A stretch of 64,000 nucleotides of DNA from Klebsormidium nitens (taxonomy: Eukaryota; Plantae; Klebsormidiophyceae). The notes beneath the pieces were generated by a model. The model searched no databases and was not told the DNA's origin. It saw only the letters and a program-made list of their open reading frames with translations. The DNA lies in NCBI GenBank assembly GCA_000708835.1, contig DF237008.1, positions 124,001 to 188,000 of the forward strand, in the 5' to 3' direction. This document shows positions 28,801-40,400 of this stretch, piece by piece. Both the position numbers and the translations under genes were made by a program. How positions within the stretch are numbered: position 1 is the stretch's first letter; every line of letters starts with the position of its first letter.

Positions 28801-31800
28801 TGGATCGGACCAGATCACGAATGACGACCTCCTTGCCAATAAGAATCTCAGGAAGCAGATTGAGCGCTTCAAGAGCGAGCAGCAGGCCACAGCTACCACT
28901 AGCAGCGCAGACAAGCAAGCGGCAGGTGGGTCAAGTGTGACAGTCAGGGGTACCATTGCAACTTCGTTGTCCTTTTTCTTATTGAGAGCCTTGCAGAGGC
29001 ATCGTGGCGCTTTGTCTGTTTGTTACATTCGTATGTTTCGGGGGCGAGATTGATAGGGAGCATCTGTGTCGATGTTTGTCTGTTTGTTGCATTCGTATTT
29101 TTCGGGGGGCGAGATTGATACGGAGTATCGGTGTCGGTGCTTCATCATAGTGCAGCTTTTGAAGCAAGGCTTTCGTTTGGGTTTCGCATCAAGGGACTGA
29201 CCAGGTACTGACCAGAAATGACCATTCTGGTTCACAATGTTTTAAAGCTTCAGCTGGATACCTGTCTGGGTCATCCTTTCTTTGCGGGAGGAGTGCTAGG
29301 AGAGGACGGAGACTTCATCCGCGACTCTCTTGTGGAGATTTGACCACCCTGTTGTCAGTTGCAGGCGTGGACGTCAGCGTCGCCCAGAGTGCGCCCAAGT
29401 CGCCCAGCCCCCTGCCCCGTCTCCCCGAAGATCTGCAGACCCGCAACTCCAGTGGTGCTGAGAGCTCGGCCCATGTCATGGCCGCAGACTTGCAAGAGAA
29501 GGCCGGAGGACAGTCTAAAGCAGACGGTTCTGAGAGGGTACTTTCTGATAGGGCAGCTGGCGGGGTAGAAGTAGGATCAGAGGCAGTAAAGGCGCACGAG
29601 CGCGCTCGCTCTCCCCTGTCTGAATCTGAACTGCAAAGGGCCCGCTTTTCCGGAGGGCCACCCTTGCATAAGGAAATGGCAGATGCTATGGTCGCCAGGG
29701 CAGGCGATTGGTCAGGTATATATGCGTTGTCCATATTCCCGCGTTTTGTTTGCCGTGCACAGGTTGCATGTTTGCAGGGTGAGGTGTCTGGCCGGCTTTC
29801 TGAGCCACGGAAGCGTAATGAGAAGGGTGTACATCGCACCCCTGCACAGGGCCGTTGCACAGTATTTCGGTTCTACAGTAGCTAATAGATGCAACTATAC
29901 ATAGCTCCGAGCAACTGCGTATACGAGTTGTTTTTCCTAACTTTCTGGAATGTCTGCTGGTATCTAGCGGAGTGGTTTCTGATTATGGCTGCTGATCATT
30001 CTCTTCATATCGTACTATTCATCATTTGGCAGCACTCATGTTACGGTTGCAAGGGGGTGTTGAAGTTTGGAGTAACTATGATTGACCCGGTTGGAAGGAA
30101 CAACGCAAATAAAGTTTGATGAAGTTTGGATAGTATTCTGCGAATCGGGGTTTGGTCTTTCGTTCTTGTGATGCTTATGCTTGTAATCTTTCCCAACACC
30201 GGAGGATTTTGCAGCTCCAGACTCGAGCAGCCTAGACACAGGGTAGCTCTACTTAGGACATAGGTTACGCTGAAGCGTTCAGCACTGCTAACAGATTGTG
30301 ACGAGTGCTCTGGTTTGGAACAACTCTTTAGATATGACTGGCGGCGCAGGCGGTCTACCCTATGGAGGAGTGGCCATTAACAAGGCAAGGATGAAGGTCA
30401 GTGTTTTCCCTCCCACTCTGCAATGTCTGCTATATATAAAGTCGGGCTCGCTCTTTCCTTCCCATTGGACAAAATGTTACTATTCGTTCTCTTACAGCTC
30501 TTTCTTGAGATGAATGTGGTGGCACGTTCGTTACGCTGGCCTCCCTTTAGTCTAGGCACTGGCCTTCCCTTAGTCTAGGTCATTGGCCTTCCCTTACAAT
30601 GCTTAGACGACCACCCAGAAAGTTGATTCATATGCACGTCTTGAGATGGCCTGTCGCGTGTTTGCTGAGTCATTACAGTACGGCTGCAAAAGCGAGCCGG
30701 CCTGCCCTCACGCTCCTTGCTTCAAGTCATATCGTTGTCTTAATGGCTGGAGCTGCCTTGCTGACGTCACCCTTCTCATCTGTCGCTTTGCTGACGTCAC
30801 TACCTCGCTCGTTGCCTCAGGAGCTCCAGGAGCAGCACCGGTGCCTCATCTGCGGGTCGCCCGACCACCTGACGGCCGACTGTCCCGAGCACCCGACGCC
30901 GGACTTCCCACCCAGGGTCATGCCCGACCAGCCGCCGAGACCTTACGGAGGCCCCGATTTTGGTATGTGTTCTTGCAGTTCCATCTTTCGTTGACGACTT
31001 TGCTCTTCGAATGTATCTCTTGCATAATGGTTCCAATAAGCCGGCTCTCCATTTGGCTACAAAGAGAATCAAAGGGGGAGTTCCCCTTGAGGACACGATT
31101 ACTTTTCTGCTCAAAAGATGCACGACCCAAGGTCCGGCCGTTCCCGTCTGCGTCTTCGTTTTGTTGCGCATAAGAAAGTTGGTTTCGGAGGCATCCCGAC
31201 TCTCACAAAAATGTTTCACCCATTATTGTTTCTGGACCCTTTTGAAATGAGTGGTGCTTCTGCCGTTTCCGCGGGGATTCGGTCCAACTCCTTCGCCAAA
31301 TCCATCAAAACCTCAAGCGTGTATTCCTCTGGCCCACTTGGCCTTCTTGTTGTATGGAAAACGACTCTGCCAAGTTCGACCCCTATTCTGGATCGCTTTC
31401 AAGGCTGCGTTACTCTCCCAATATCCAGCGTTTGCCCGTTGAAGCAGGTCATTGACCAGATACCTCACCCTTCGACCTGGCCTTTCCTTGGAAAATAATG
31501 AACGATGTTTCACTGGTCGGCAGTCTTAAATCTGCCGCTTATATTATCTCCTTATAACAGACTGTCCGGTAATTTCAGACCGTAAACCCCAGGGAATTAC
31601 CAATTCTGCTGAGCACTCCATCCAACGGTATTGCCTAGTGACCAACTTCGCTTCTCTGCACGACTGATTGGTCGTTTCCATCTGTGACGTAAACAGGCCC
31701 CTACCCCGGCCCCGACTTCTACCCCCCTCCCCACAACGGGTTCTTCCCCGGGCCTCAGCCGTTCCCCCCCCGACCTTTCGGGGGACCGCCGGTCCGTGGA

Positions 31801-33536
31801 CCTGACGGCTTTTTCTGCGATGGCCCGGTGAACCCCGCTTGGCGGCCACCCATTCACGGCAGGGGGATCCCTCCATACGGAGGACCTGAGCCGTTTTACC
31901 CTCCTGGACCTGGCATTGAGTGAGTACTTGTAGACAGCCGGTCCTGATTGCCTCTTTGGACAGCAATCTCTCTTTCTCGAGGTGCGAGAGCAACACGTCT
32001 GATCGCTTGAAAGGAATACAAATCTCTTGGTGTGAGACGGAGTGCGGTTGTATGCAAGGTTCGAGATGAACAGCCGTTAAAAGGAAACGGGAAAGAGTCG
32101 TTTGGTTAGTTTACATTTCGTCACTGACACTGCCGTTTTCTTGTGCAGCGCGTTCCCTCGACCCGGGATGCCCATTCTCAGCAGGGAGGACTTTGAGCGA
32201 AAGCGGGAGGAGGCGGCTCGGCTAATGCGGGAGTCAAAGAAGCGCGTTGAGAGGTGCGGTCATTTCCTCCTCGTATCTTCTTTAGTTGAGTGTCCAAATC
32301 TCGACACAGCCGGCATCCAGAAATCTTTACTGCTTTAGACCTCTGGCATGGATCGCCCTCTCAATGATACAGGAATTGTCGGTTGGAAAAGATCTTCGGT
32401 GTCAAGGCAACTTATCTGAAGGCTGAGGCATACACACTTGAAGGGCGGAAGTTGCCACAATTGAAACTGGACATATCGTACCTCTTCGTTGCCGGTTGCG
32501 ACCTACTAATAACGTAGAAAAGGTCATGTTCATTCATTATCTGCAAGGGCGCATGCTAACCTACTTTTGCTGTCCGCGTTTTGCAGGGAGGACGATTCAG
32601 ACTCCAGTGAGAAGTCGCACAAACATAAGAAGCGGGACAAAGACGAGAAGAAGGTGGGTCGTCGCTTACAACACCGATGGGGTTTCAGTCACACAGGAGC
32701 GGGGTACATAGTTCCACACAGAAAATGCTTGTGTACTCGGTATACTCGCTGCATTGAGATGGCTTTGTAATGCCGCATTTTGCATCTGGCTAAGAACGAG
32801 TTCTGCGCTTCGGCAATGGTTCCCAGGAAGATCAAAGACGTCTTCCCGGTTTCGACCTCGGTGCAACTTGCTGGCTCTTTCGTACTATGTTGGATCGCAA
32901 TAAATTCCTGAGTGTTTATCTGAAACGCGGATGCTCCGTTTGCAGCATAAGAAGAGTCGCCGCGATGAGCGGCACAAGTCGCGAGAGCGCACCAGAGAAG
33001 CGGAAGATGTCGAAGACGGGGCGGAGGAAAAGTCTTCGCGACGCCGGGACAAGTATCGGGAACCAGAGCCGTCCAGTCGGTATGACGGAGGCGTTGCAAA
33101 AGAGCGGCCGAAGTCGAGTAAAGAGGAGCGGAGGAGAGAGAAGAGCTCTGTGCCCGAAGACAAAGGACGAACAGCAAAGTATAGACCTGACCCGACCAGA
33201 CGTTACCCAGAAGATGATCATTGGACACCCGATGACGAACATGCGCATAGGTCGTCGAGATCCCGTCAAAATGAGTCGAAGCATATGGACGGTGCGCAGC
33301 TTCAGGATTCAACGAAGCATGGCGTGTTTTCGAGGCTGCGGTATGCGGATCCAGATGAAACGGAAAGGTCAACTCGCTCCAGAAAGACGCACAGGTCTAG
33401 GTCGCCTGGTGCGCACGACGAGAATAGTAGGCAAAGGAGAACTGACGGCCGCCATGTGTATGAGAGGGAATATTCTGCTAAGAGGAGGAAGGATGAGCCG
33501 GCCGCTGTAGAGGACGACGACAGATGGATTGCCTAA
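25840..33536 (+). CDS. RBBP6-like: DWNN domain / CCHC zinc knuckle / RING E3 ligase (RBBP6/Mpe1/PQT3-like), about 14 exons
   Basis: MAVHFKFKSAREFD…DFDLVLTNNQTGE|EYIDEGFLVPKNTSIIVKRVP (DWNN); RGG exon ~27238-27328; GYVCHRCGIKGHWIQECPTNGDP (~27617-27842); EFQCPLCGGLFRDAVIVPCCSESFCDQ|CIRDEL…KCPSC (RING); Lys/Arg/Asp/Glu-rich last exon 32946-33536. Confidence 0.9.
28990..29135. repeat. Intronic tandem duplication, ~66 bp x2
   Basis: tttgtctgtttgtt(a/g)cattcgtat(g/t)ttt…gggggcgagattgata(g/c)ggag occurs twice in tandem. Confidence 0.8.
30534..30597. repeat. Intronic tandem repeat, ~22 bp x3
   Basis: ctggcct(t)ccctt(t)agtctagg unit repeated. Confidence 0.7.
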
Positions 33537-36005
33537 CTCGAAGCTTGGTTCCACCGGCACCGCGGCTCCGGCCAGATGTTTCATTACATCTACTTGAAGA
33601 ATTGTACGTTGCATGATCGTTCATCGGGTCGCGGTTCATAGTAGGGGCCCGAAGGTTGCGCACGGTGTCATGGTAGGGTTTGACTTTGAATCAGATACTG
33701 CGATAATCTTGTGAGGTCTTTATCAGACGTAAGCTCTAGACCCACAGCTCAGCATAGCTCGCTTTAATCAACCAGGCCTACGATTCAGTGTCATCACTGC
33801 TCATGAGTCTGCATCATGGGTGACCATGACATTTACCCCTCAGGGTGCTTTCTTCGAAGGCACCAGCACTCTTGGAAGAACTTGTAGCTCTCGTAGTTGG
33901 CTACCAGACCGCATGTCTGACAAATTGCAGGATAGTGGGGTTTTTTGGAGTTGTGTGTAGAATAGTAACTAGACGATATCAATGTGGATTAGAACGTTCA
34001 ATACTGATATTTGAGCAACTCGAATGACCGGATTGATCAACTTCGTTTGCAATGATTACGACTTATTGCTTGGAAAATCCAGCAAATGAATACGTTGAAA
34101 AGCATATATATGTGGCACTCAAGCATGAGACCGTTCCAAGACATGCTATGAGATTGCATGCACGAGGAGCGTGATCCTCGCAGGATCTTTAGGGATATTC
34201 ATATATGCAGAGGGTGGTTTATAGGCTATGGAGCCGTGGAAGCTTCCAGAAGGTCGCTTCAGACCATCAAGATGCAGGCTGGTGACGTAACAGAAACGTT
34301 ACGGGGTGTCGCGACCTACTTCGACGGGAAGAAAGCCGAAGATCGAAGACGAAGATTTAGAATAACCATTAGAAATAGGTAGATTATTAGTGTGCTGCAG
34401 ATAGCGTAGCAGTCTGTAATGTTTGTTTGAATAAAGTAGATAATGACGACAAATCGAGGGCTGCTTTTCGACAGAGATCTAGGAATTAGAAATTATCGAA
34501 CTTATAGAGTGATTCCCGGACTATAAATTGGGCGGAATCCGAACTCGAAGCTCATAACTTGAATGAGAAGTTATCGGAAAGCTAATTCTGACTTAGCCAA
34601 AATCCCAGCGCCTCTTCAGCTGCGAGCGAATTTTTATATGGGTGTTAGCCCGTAGGTGTATTGTTGAGCGGGTGCCACCTCTTGATAATTCACAATAGCT
34701 AGTTCGCGGTCAAAATGCGATCCGAATCAAGCATGTGCGAAGCATGATGGCATATGTTGCAACCATGATCTGCAGGCAGCCACTTATCATCCCGTGCGTA
34801 CGAGGACTCTGGCATGCATGTGCGAACATCCGAAAACTGCATCGAGAATCACATGATGTAGGTCGACCATGCATATATGCATGCGGCCCCTAGGCTCAAT
34901 TAGGCTATAGTGCCCGACAATGTTGTGCCAGACCAGAGGAGTCCAACTTAACGAGGGCCTCAGTGGGTGCTCGACCACATTGCATTATCACGATGTAGAC
35001 TGCAATGCATTGCATGATACGCGTGCGTGCATGTGATCGGTCGACCATGCCCTCTCATCAACTTAGTCTAGTAGAGAGTTGGCACCAGCACGGAGTCTCA
35101 TTGATGTGTTCGCCAGCGTGGCGGGCGCGGGGGAGGCCTGACCATGGCCCGTCGCGCATTTCTTATAGTCTAGAATAGCATCATGAAGTAAGCTTTGGCT
35201 TGCACCTTGCTGGACCACTCTTTCACGAGATTCGGACTCTACGACAATTAGTATTATAGTATAGAGTCCAGGGAAGTCGTTTCATTTTAGCTCTACATGT
35301 GCGATTCAGCTTCGGGGATTCAACGCCAGACATGGTTCACATTCGGCCTCACGGGACGGCTCATGCCATCTCAAATGTTCAAAGTTAGATCCCGGGTACA
35401 TTGAACATCCTGCACCGATGGACTCTGGCATTGAGGACCGTCTTCTAAGCCACTAAGCCATAAATGCAAGAATTCAAAAGCTTGGTTCCTTCTCCGATGG
35501 TTGCCGCAAAGAAGAGCTGAATGCTATGGCGTCCTCTATTCGCCTTTGAAAGCTCACGCACAGTCTCTATCACAATGGCGTCTCTGAGGTGTCGATACTA
35601 GCGGAGAAGAAAGTTCAAAGATAGTGGCTCCTGCAGAATTTCAAATAGAGTCCCTTCCAAGAGTACAAGAGTCGACTATTAGAGTCGGCATTTTGGTTCT
35701 GCTTTCAAGGGTAGGATCAAGCCAGGTGGTTCGCTCGATCAGTGGCTAGGCGCTGGCCAGAGGGGCCCCAGAGGGCGCAGACGCCAGCCAAAAAGTTGGC
35801 GCGCGCATTGAAATCGTAAGCGGGCGGAATCGTCGTATCCAACTGTCCACAAGGTCAAAACAAGTTGGCTAGGTCCCACTAGGACGACGTTCTTCAGAAT
35901 TTTCCTCAATCTTTTGTGTCGTCTGATCGACCGGTGAAGTCGAAGGCCAAAGAATTGCATTTGAGCTGGTAAATAGGGCCACTTCGTCCCACTGATGGCA
36001 CCTGA

Positions 36006-36140
36006 GGGCTCCACCGCCCGGGGGCGTTGACGGGGCGTTGACCCCTCGTTGACCCGGATGATAGTGGGTGCGACTGGTTGCCGATAGTCGGACCATATAG
36101 AGGTCTACAAATTTGGGTGGACGCCCCCGCGGTGGAGCCC
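36006..36140. repeat. ~20-bp GC-rich inverted repeat enclosing three CGTTGAC motifs
   Basis: gggctccaccgc(cc)gggggcgt at 36006-36027 is the reverse complement of acgcccccgcggtggagccc at 36121-36140. CGTTGAC occurs at 36025, 36036 and 36047. Confidence 0.7.
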
Positions 36141-37477
36141 ATACGGCCTGCTCGCTACTGGAGGCTACATATTTTGGCTGGGCGTAGCTTGGGCGCCCTC
36201 TTTTGCTGGCTAGCTAGTCGCTGTCCCGTCGCTGTCCGCGTGCGGCGGCGCGCGCGCGGCCTCGGTCACGGTGGCGCCCCGGCCTCCGGCCAAGGGTTTG
36301 GAGGTGGGCGCAAGGGTTTTGGGCGCTGGACAATTATGCAGAAAAGAGGACGGCGATTATGTTGTCGGACTGCTCATTAAGTGCCAAGTGGCAGCTACCA
36401 ATTTGCAAAAGGTTCGTAGCTAAGGTTGGCGCCTCACTGTTCACATGTGGTGAGCTTTGAGGAGCCCGATAAGAAACCATATAAGATCAAGAAATTGTAT
36501 GCTTTTGAAGCTAGGCGGTCCTCTGTTTGACTGCAGCGCTTGCAGCTTTTCCTGTCTCCTACTGGCTACGTTGAAGCCACGCTAGCTGTAGTGGTTCAAC
36601 GGGAGGCAATCTCGAAGGTCAGAAATGTATCCTTATTCTGGCATTGCAATCAGATGAAGAAGTAACCTTAGATCCTTTGAGCTTCTGAACATGAGAGGAT
36701 AGGATGATTGGAATGAGGGGTTTGTCATGCCGAATGCAAGAACGATCAACGAGAAGTCGTGGTTTTGTCCTAATTTTTGGGTATGCATGTCAAGTGTGTG
36801 TCTGTTGCTTTAGATCCTATGTATTCATGGTTGACTTGCATAGAAGTGTGTTCAAAGAAGGCAGCTTAGCAGATCAAGCTTCTCTTCTTGCATTGCGACC
36901 AGCTCTTTATCAGCTTTTGCCTGGACACGAAGGGGCATCTTTGGGCTCACTAAGCACATTACAAATGAAAGTCTTACACAAACAGTCTGAATCTGCAGAA
37001 ACCCTAAACTAGCTCCCGATTGTAACAAACAAGGCAGATCACAGGTGAAATGCTGATTGAGCTCTCCCAGTCTAGTCACGTCACAAAAATTCCTGTATCG
37101 GATATCGCCTCTAGTAAGGAGCCATTGAGAAGCTTGCAAAGGGTGGTACAAGCGACGCTGTGCAGTATGTCACTCACATCAGCCTTCTGGTTCTGCAGGC
37201 GCTGCAAAAAAACAATTTCAGCAAGGGTTCTTTTCATCGATTGGTGCTCAAAGACACCAAAGAGCGTCTACAACATTCAGCAAGAGCTGGAGACAATGCA
37301 CAAGAAAGTAACAGAATTTACGGAAAGTGGCAGCGATTTGAGACGTTTTCAGTCAGCCACATTTGGGAAACAGTGGTGCTAATTTGACCCTGGGCGCTGA
37401 ATCAAGTCATGCACTCGATCCCAATTGCCCTCTGCATTTTGTAGAGGCACTTCATTGTCCTTATTGAGCTAGCCAGG

Positions 37478-40400
37478 ATGTCTGAGAAGCAGCGTCAGCA
37501 GAGTAGGGACGAAGCGGGAATCCAGCTGTCATCTCTTATCCCCTCAACCACGAGCCCCTCCAATGATGAGCCTCACACAACTCACCGAAAGCATGTGCGT
37601 GAGGAGAATGGGGACAACCACGCTGCGTCATCAAGAGGAGATAAATCTAATCTCGAAAGAAGCAATTCTCACCGGCACCGAAGTCAGCCAGCAGAGAATG
37701 GTTACAAGCATGTGAACGGGCACAAACACGCACCGGGGGAGGACCTAGAAGAGTTTGAGATTGTGGAGGAAGCGGTCGGGAGCCAGTCTGAAGAGAATGG
37801 AAGCCGAGCCAGGATATCGAATGTTACGCTGGCATTGGCGAGCATGGTGGCCAGTGGGGTGCAATTTGGGTGGGCGTTGCAATTGTCTTTGCTGACTCCG
37901 TATGTCCAGGTGAGGCGCTCTAAATGAGCAGCTGCTTTCGTGGCCACACGTTTTGATCAGCCGCTTTCGTCATCCGTGCAAACTAAGAAGGCTGCAGAAA
38001 ACATATCTTGAGGCTTTCGCTCCATTCAGTGTCACAATCCTTGTGACGAGTCAACCCCGTCTTGCTTCAATCAATCTCACAAAGTAATCAAGACCGTCAG
38101 TGTCTAAATCAAATACTTTCCATGAAGACTTGTCAACGGTCACGCTTCTCAGTGCCGCTGCTCAGCCGCTAACCATGCTTCACCTTCTTCAACGACCAGA
38201 TTTGGTCTCCTTTGCCCTGATGATCAAGCTATGAGCGTACTTCCGACTATCCATCCAGGAACTTGGCATTCCCCATGCCTGGGCTTCTTTCATCTGGCTG
38301 TGCGGGCCTATCTCAGGCCTGGTCGTGCAACCGTGCATTGGCATCTGGAGCGATAACTGCACACACAAGTGGGGTCGTCGGAGGCCATTTATCCTTGGGG
38401 GAGCGGTTCTGGTTGCCATAGCGGTGAGCAGCACACACTGTTTCTTTTGATATGGTGGTGTTATCTTCCTGTGAGAGAGCTTCAAGGACAAGGGGTGCAA
38501 CATGAGATGGGATAAGTCGCCAACGTACATCAAGAGCCCAGAAGAAAGTTGGTGCCCTTTTCGCTGAATGATTGAGATTTGATTGCTCTGGTGGAATATG
38601 TTATCACTCAGCAATTCCGAAGACACATCACATGTTACATGAATTGAAAGATCCACTCAACGAACTACGAGGTGACTGGCTTCGGTTCAATGGATTGGGA
38701 CCATGAACCATGGAGCTGGCGTCCGCTATCGCAAATCAACATGCTCTTCTGTCATCGCTGGCTGTAGGTGTTGGTGATTGGCTTCTCGGCAGACATGGGC
38801 TACCTGCTCGGGGACAAGCTGGTAGACGACGGGCGGCCTCGGTACGGCGCGTGTACAGTGTTCATCATTGGGTTCTGGATCTTGGACCTCGCCAATAATG
38901 CAGTTCAGGTGAGCCCAGTGCGGATCATGACCGAAACTTCCCCCGAATCTGGGAAGTGAGGGATTCACTCGGAAGCGGGGTCCCTCGAATTCGATTTGGT
39001 GTGATAAACCCATGCCCAAAAGTTGTTTCCGCACGTATCCACACTGGTGCAGCCTCGACAGCTTGTTCTGGACTACTTTCGAAGACGGGGTACGCTTTTG
39101 GCTCTTCTCATAACCAGCAAGTCTGCTAATGTTGCACCGCTATGGTTCCGATTACTGCGACTATAGTCACTATTTCGTTTCGGCTGACCCTTAACTCATC
39201 TGTTTGGGAAGAAGTCTGTACGTTCTGGCCTGCAAATCCATTTATCTCTAGAAGTCGCGAACGCATGAATAATACCTGGCATGAAACTTCTACCTGGCTA
39301 AGAAAGACAGAGAATCCCCAATCGGGGTATTCAAGCGCTTAGCACACGAACCCGCCCTAGCCCACAAGCTCACTCCAGGCTTAACAATATCGTTTCAATG
39401 AGTTGAGACCTTCTTCTTTTCAGGGCCCTGTCCGCGCGTTGGTCGCAGACCTGTCCTCTGCCGAGCAGCGGAACATTGGCAACGCCTTCTTTTCCATGTG
39501 GATGGCGATGGGAAACGTCCTGGGCTACTCGACAGGCGCAACCGGCCAATGGCATCTGTGAGCTCCCAATCTAGCTCTTCTTGCGCTCGAGTTTCTTCTA
39601 GGTTCTCCATATTCTTCTCCGGAACGAAAGTGACGCGGGTGATACTTGTCTTGCCTCTTGGCGCATTTTAGAGGCTGCTGTGACAGAGTGCAGGGCTAGA
39701 GTTCAATTTTGAAATTTCGACTCAGCTTTCCTTATGGATCTTCCGTCGTTCGTCTTTAGAGACGCTGTCGGTGTTGGTACCGATGTCGAAGAACAGACGG
39801 CCGTGTCATCCAATCGAGACATCTCGACACTACGTGCAACCCAAGTTTTCCAAGCGCGTTCTGAGCTGCCAAAAGGGTCGTTCCAGTGAAGCAGCAAATT
39901 ATTTCCAACCACTTTCCTTCCAACGGCCAGGGCGTTAGCTGTTCAAACCCCCGCTTCTTTCGCCTGACGTCGTAAGCCTTTGTATTGCAGCTGGTTTCCT
40001 TTCCTGAACACCGCAGCCTGCGGAACGCCCTGCGCCAACCTCAAAGCTGCCTTCCTTATCGCCGTGGTGAGCTATGGAATCATCGTTTGTCGGTGGCAGA
40101 ATGCATCGAACGGCTCAGCACGGACCGGAGGTCATGGTGTTACAAATCTGCCAGTCCCTTGCCGCAGTCAACTAAACGTCTTGGCGCTTCGATGACGAGA
40201 GAATCTGATGTCGGACAAAAGCAGCGAAAGTCCGTCTCTATGCAGCTCGCATTTCAACATCACCGTTTCTGAAACAAGCCCTTTTGTTCCTTGTCTTCTT
40301 CCACTTTGCAGACCAATCGTGATTTAGAACAACAGTTGTCCTCGTCTGCAGTTTTTCCTGGCGTTTTGTACATTAGTAACCCTACTGACCGCCCAAGAGA

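Noticed and set aside
32887-33510. 207-codon alternate-frame ORF over the last RBBP6-like exon
   Set aside because: Splice phase of the upstream exons selects the 32946-33536 frame; low-complexity purine-rich sequence explains the second open frame.
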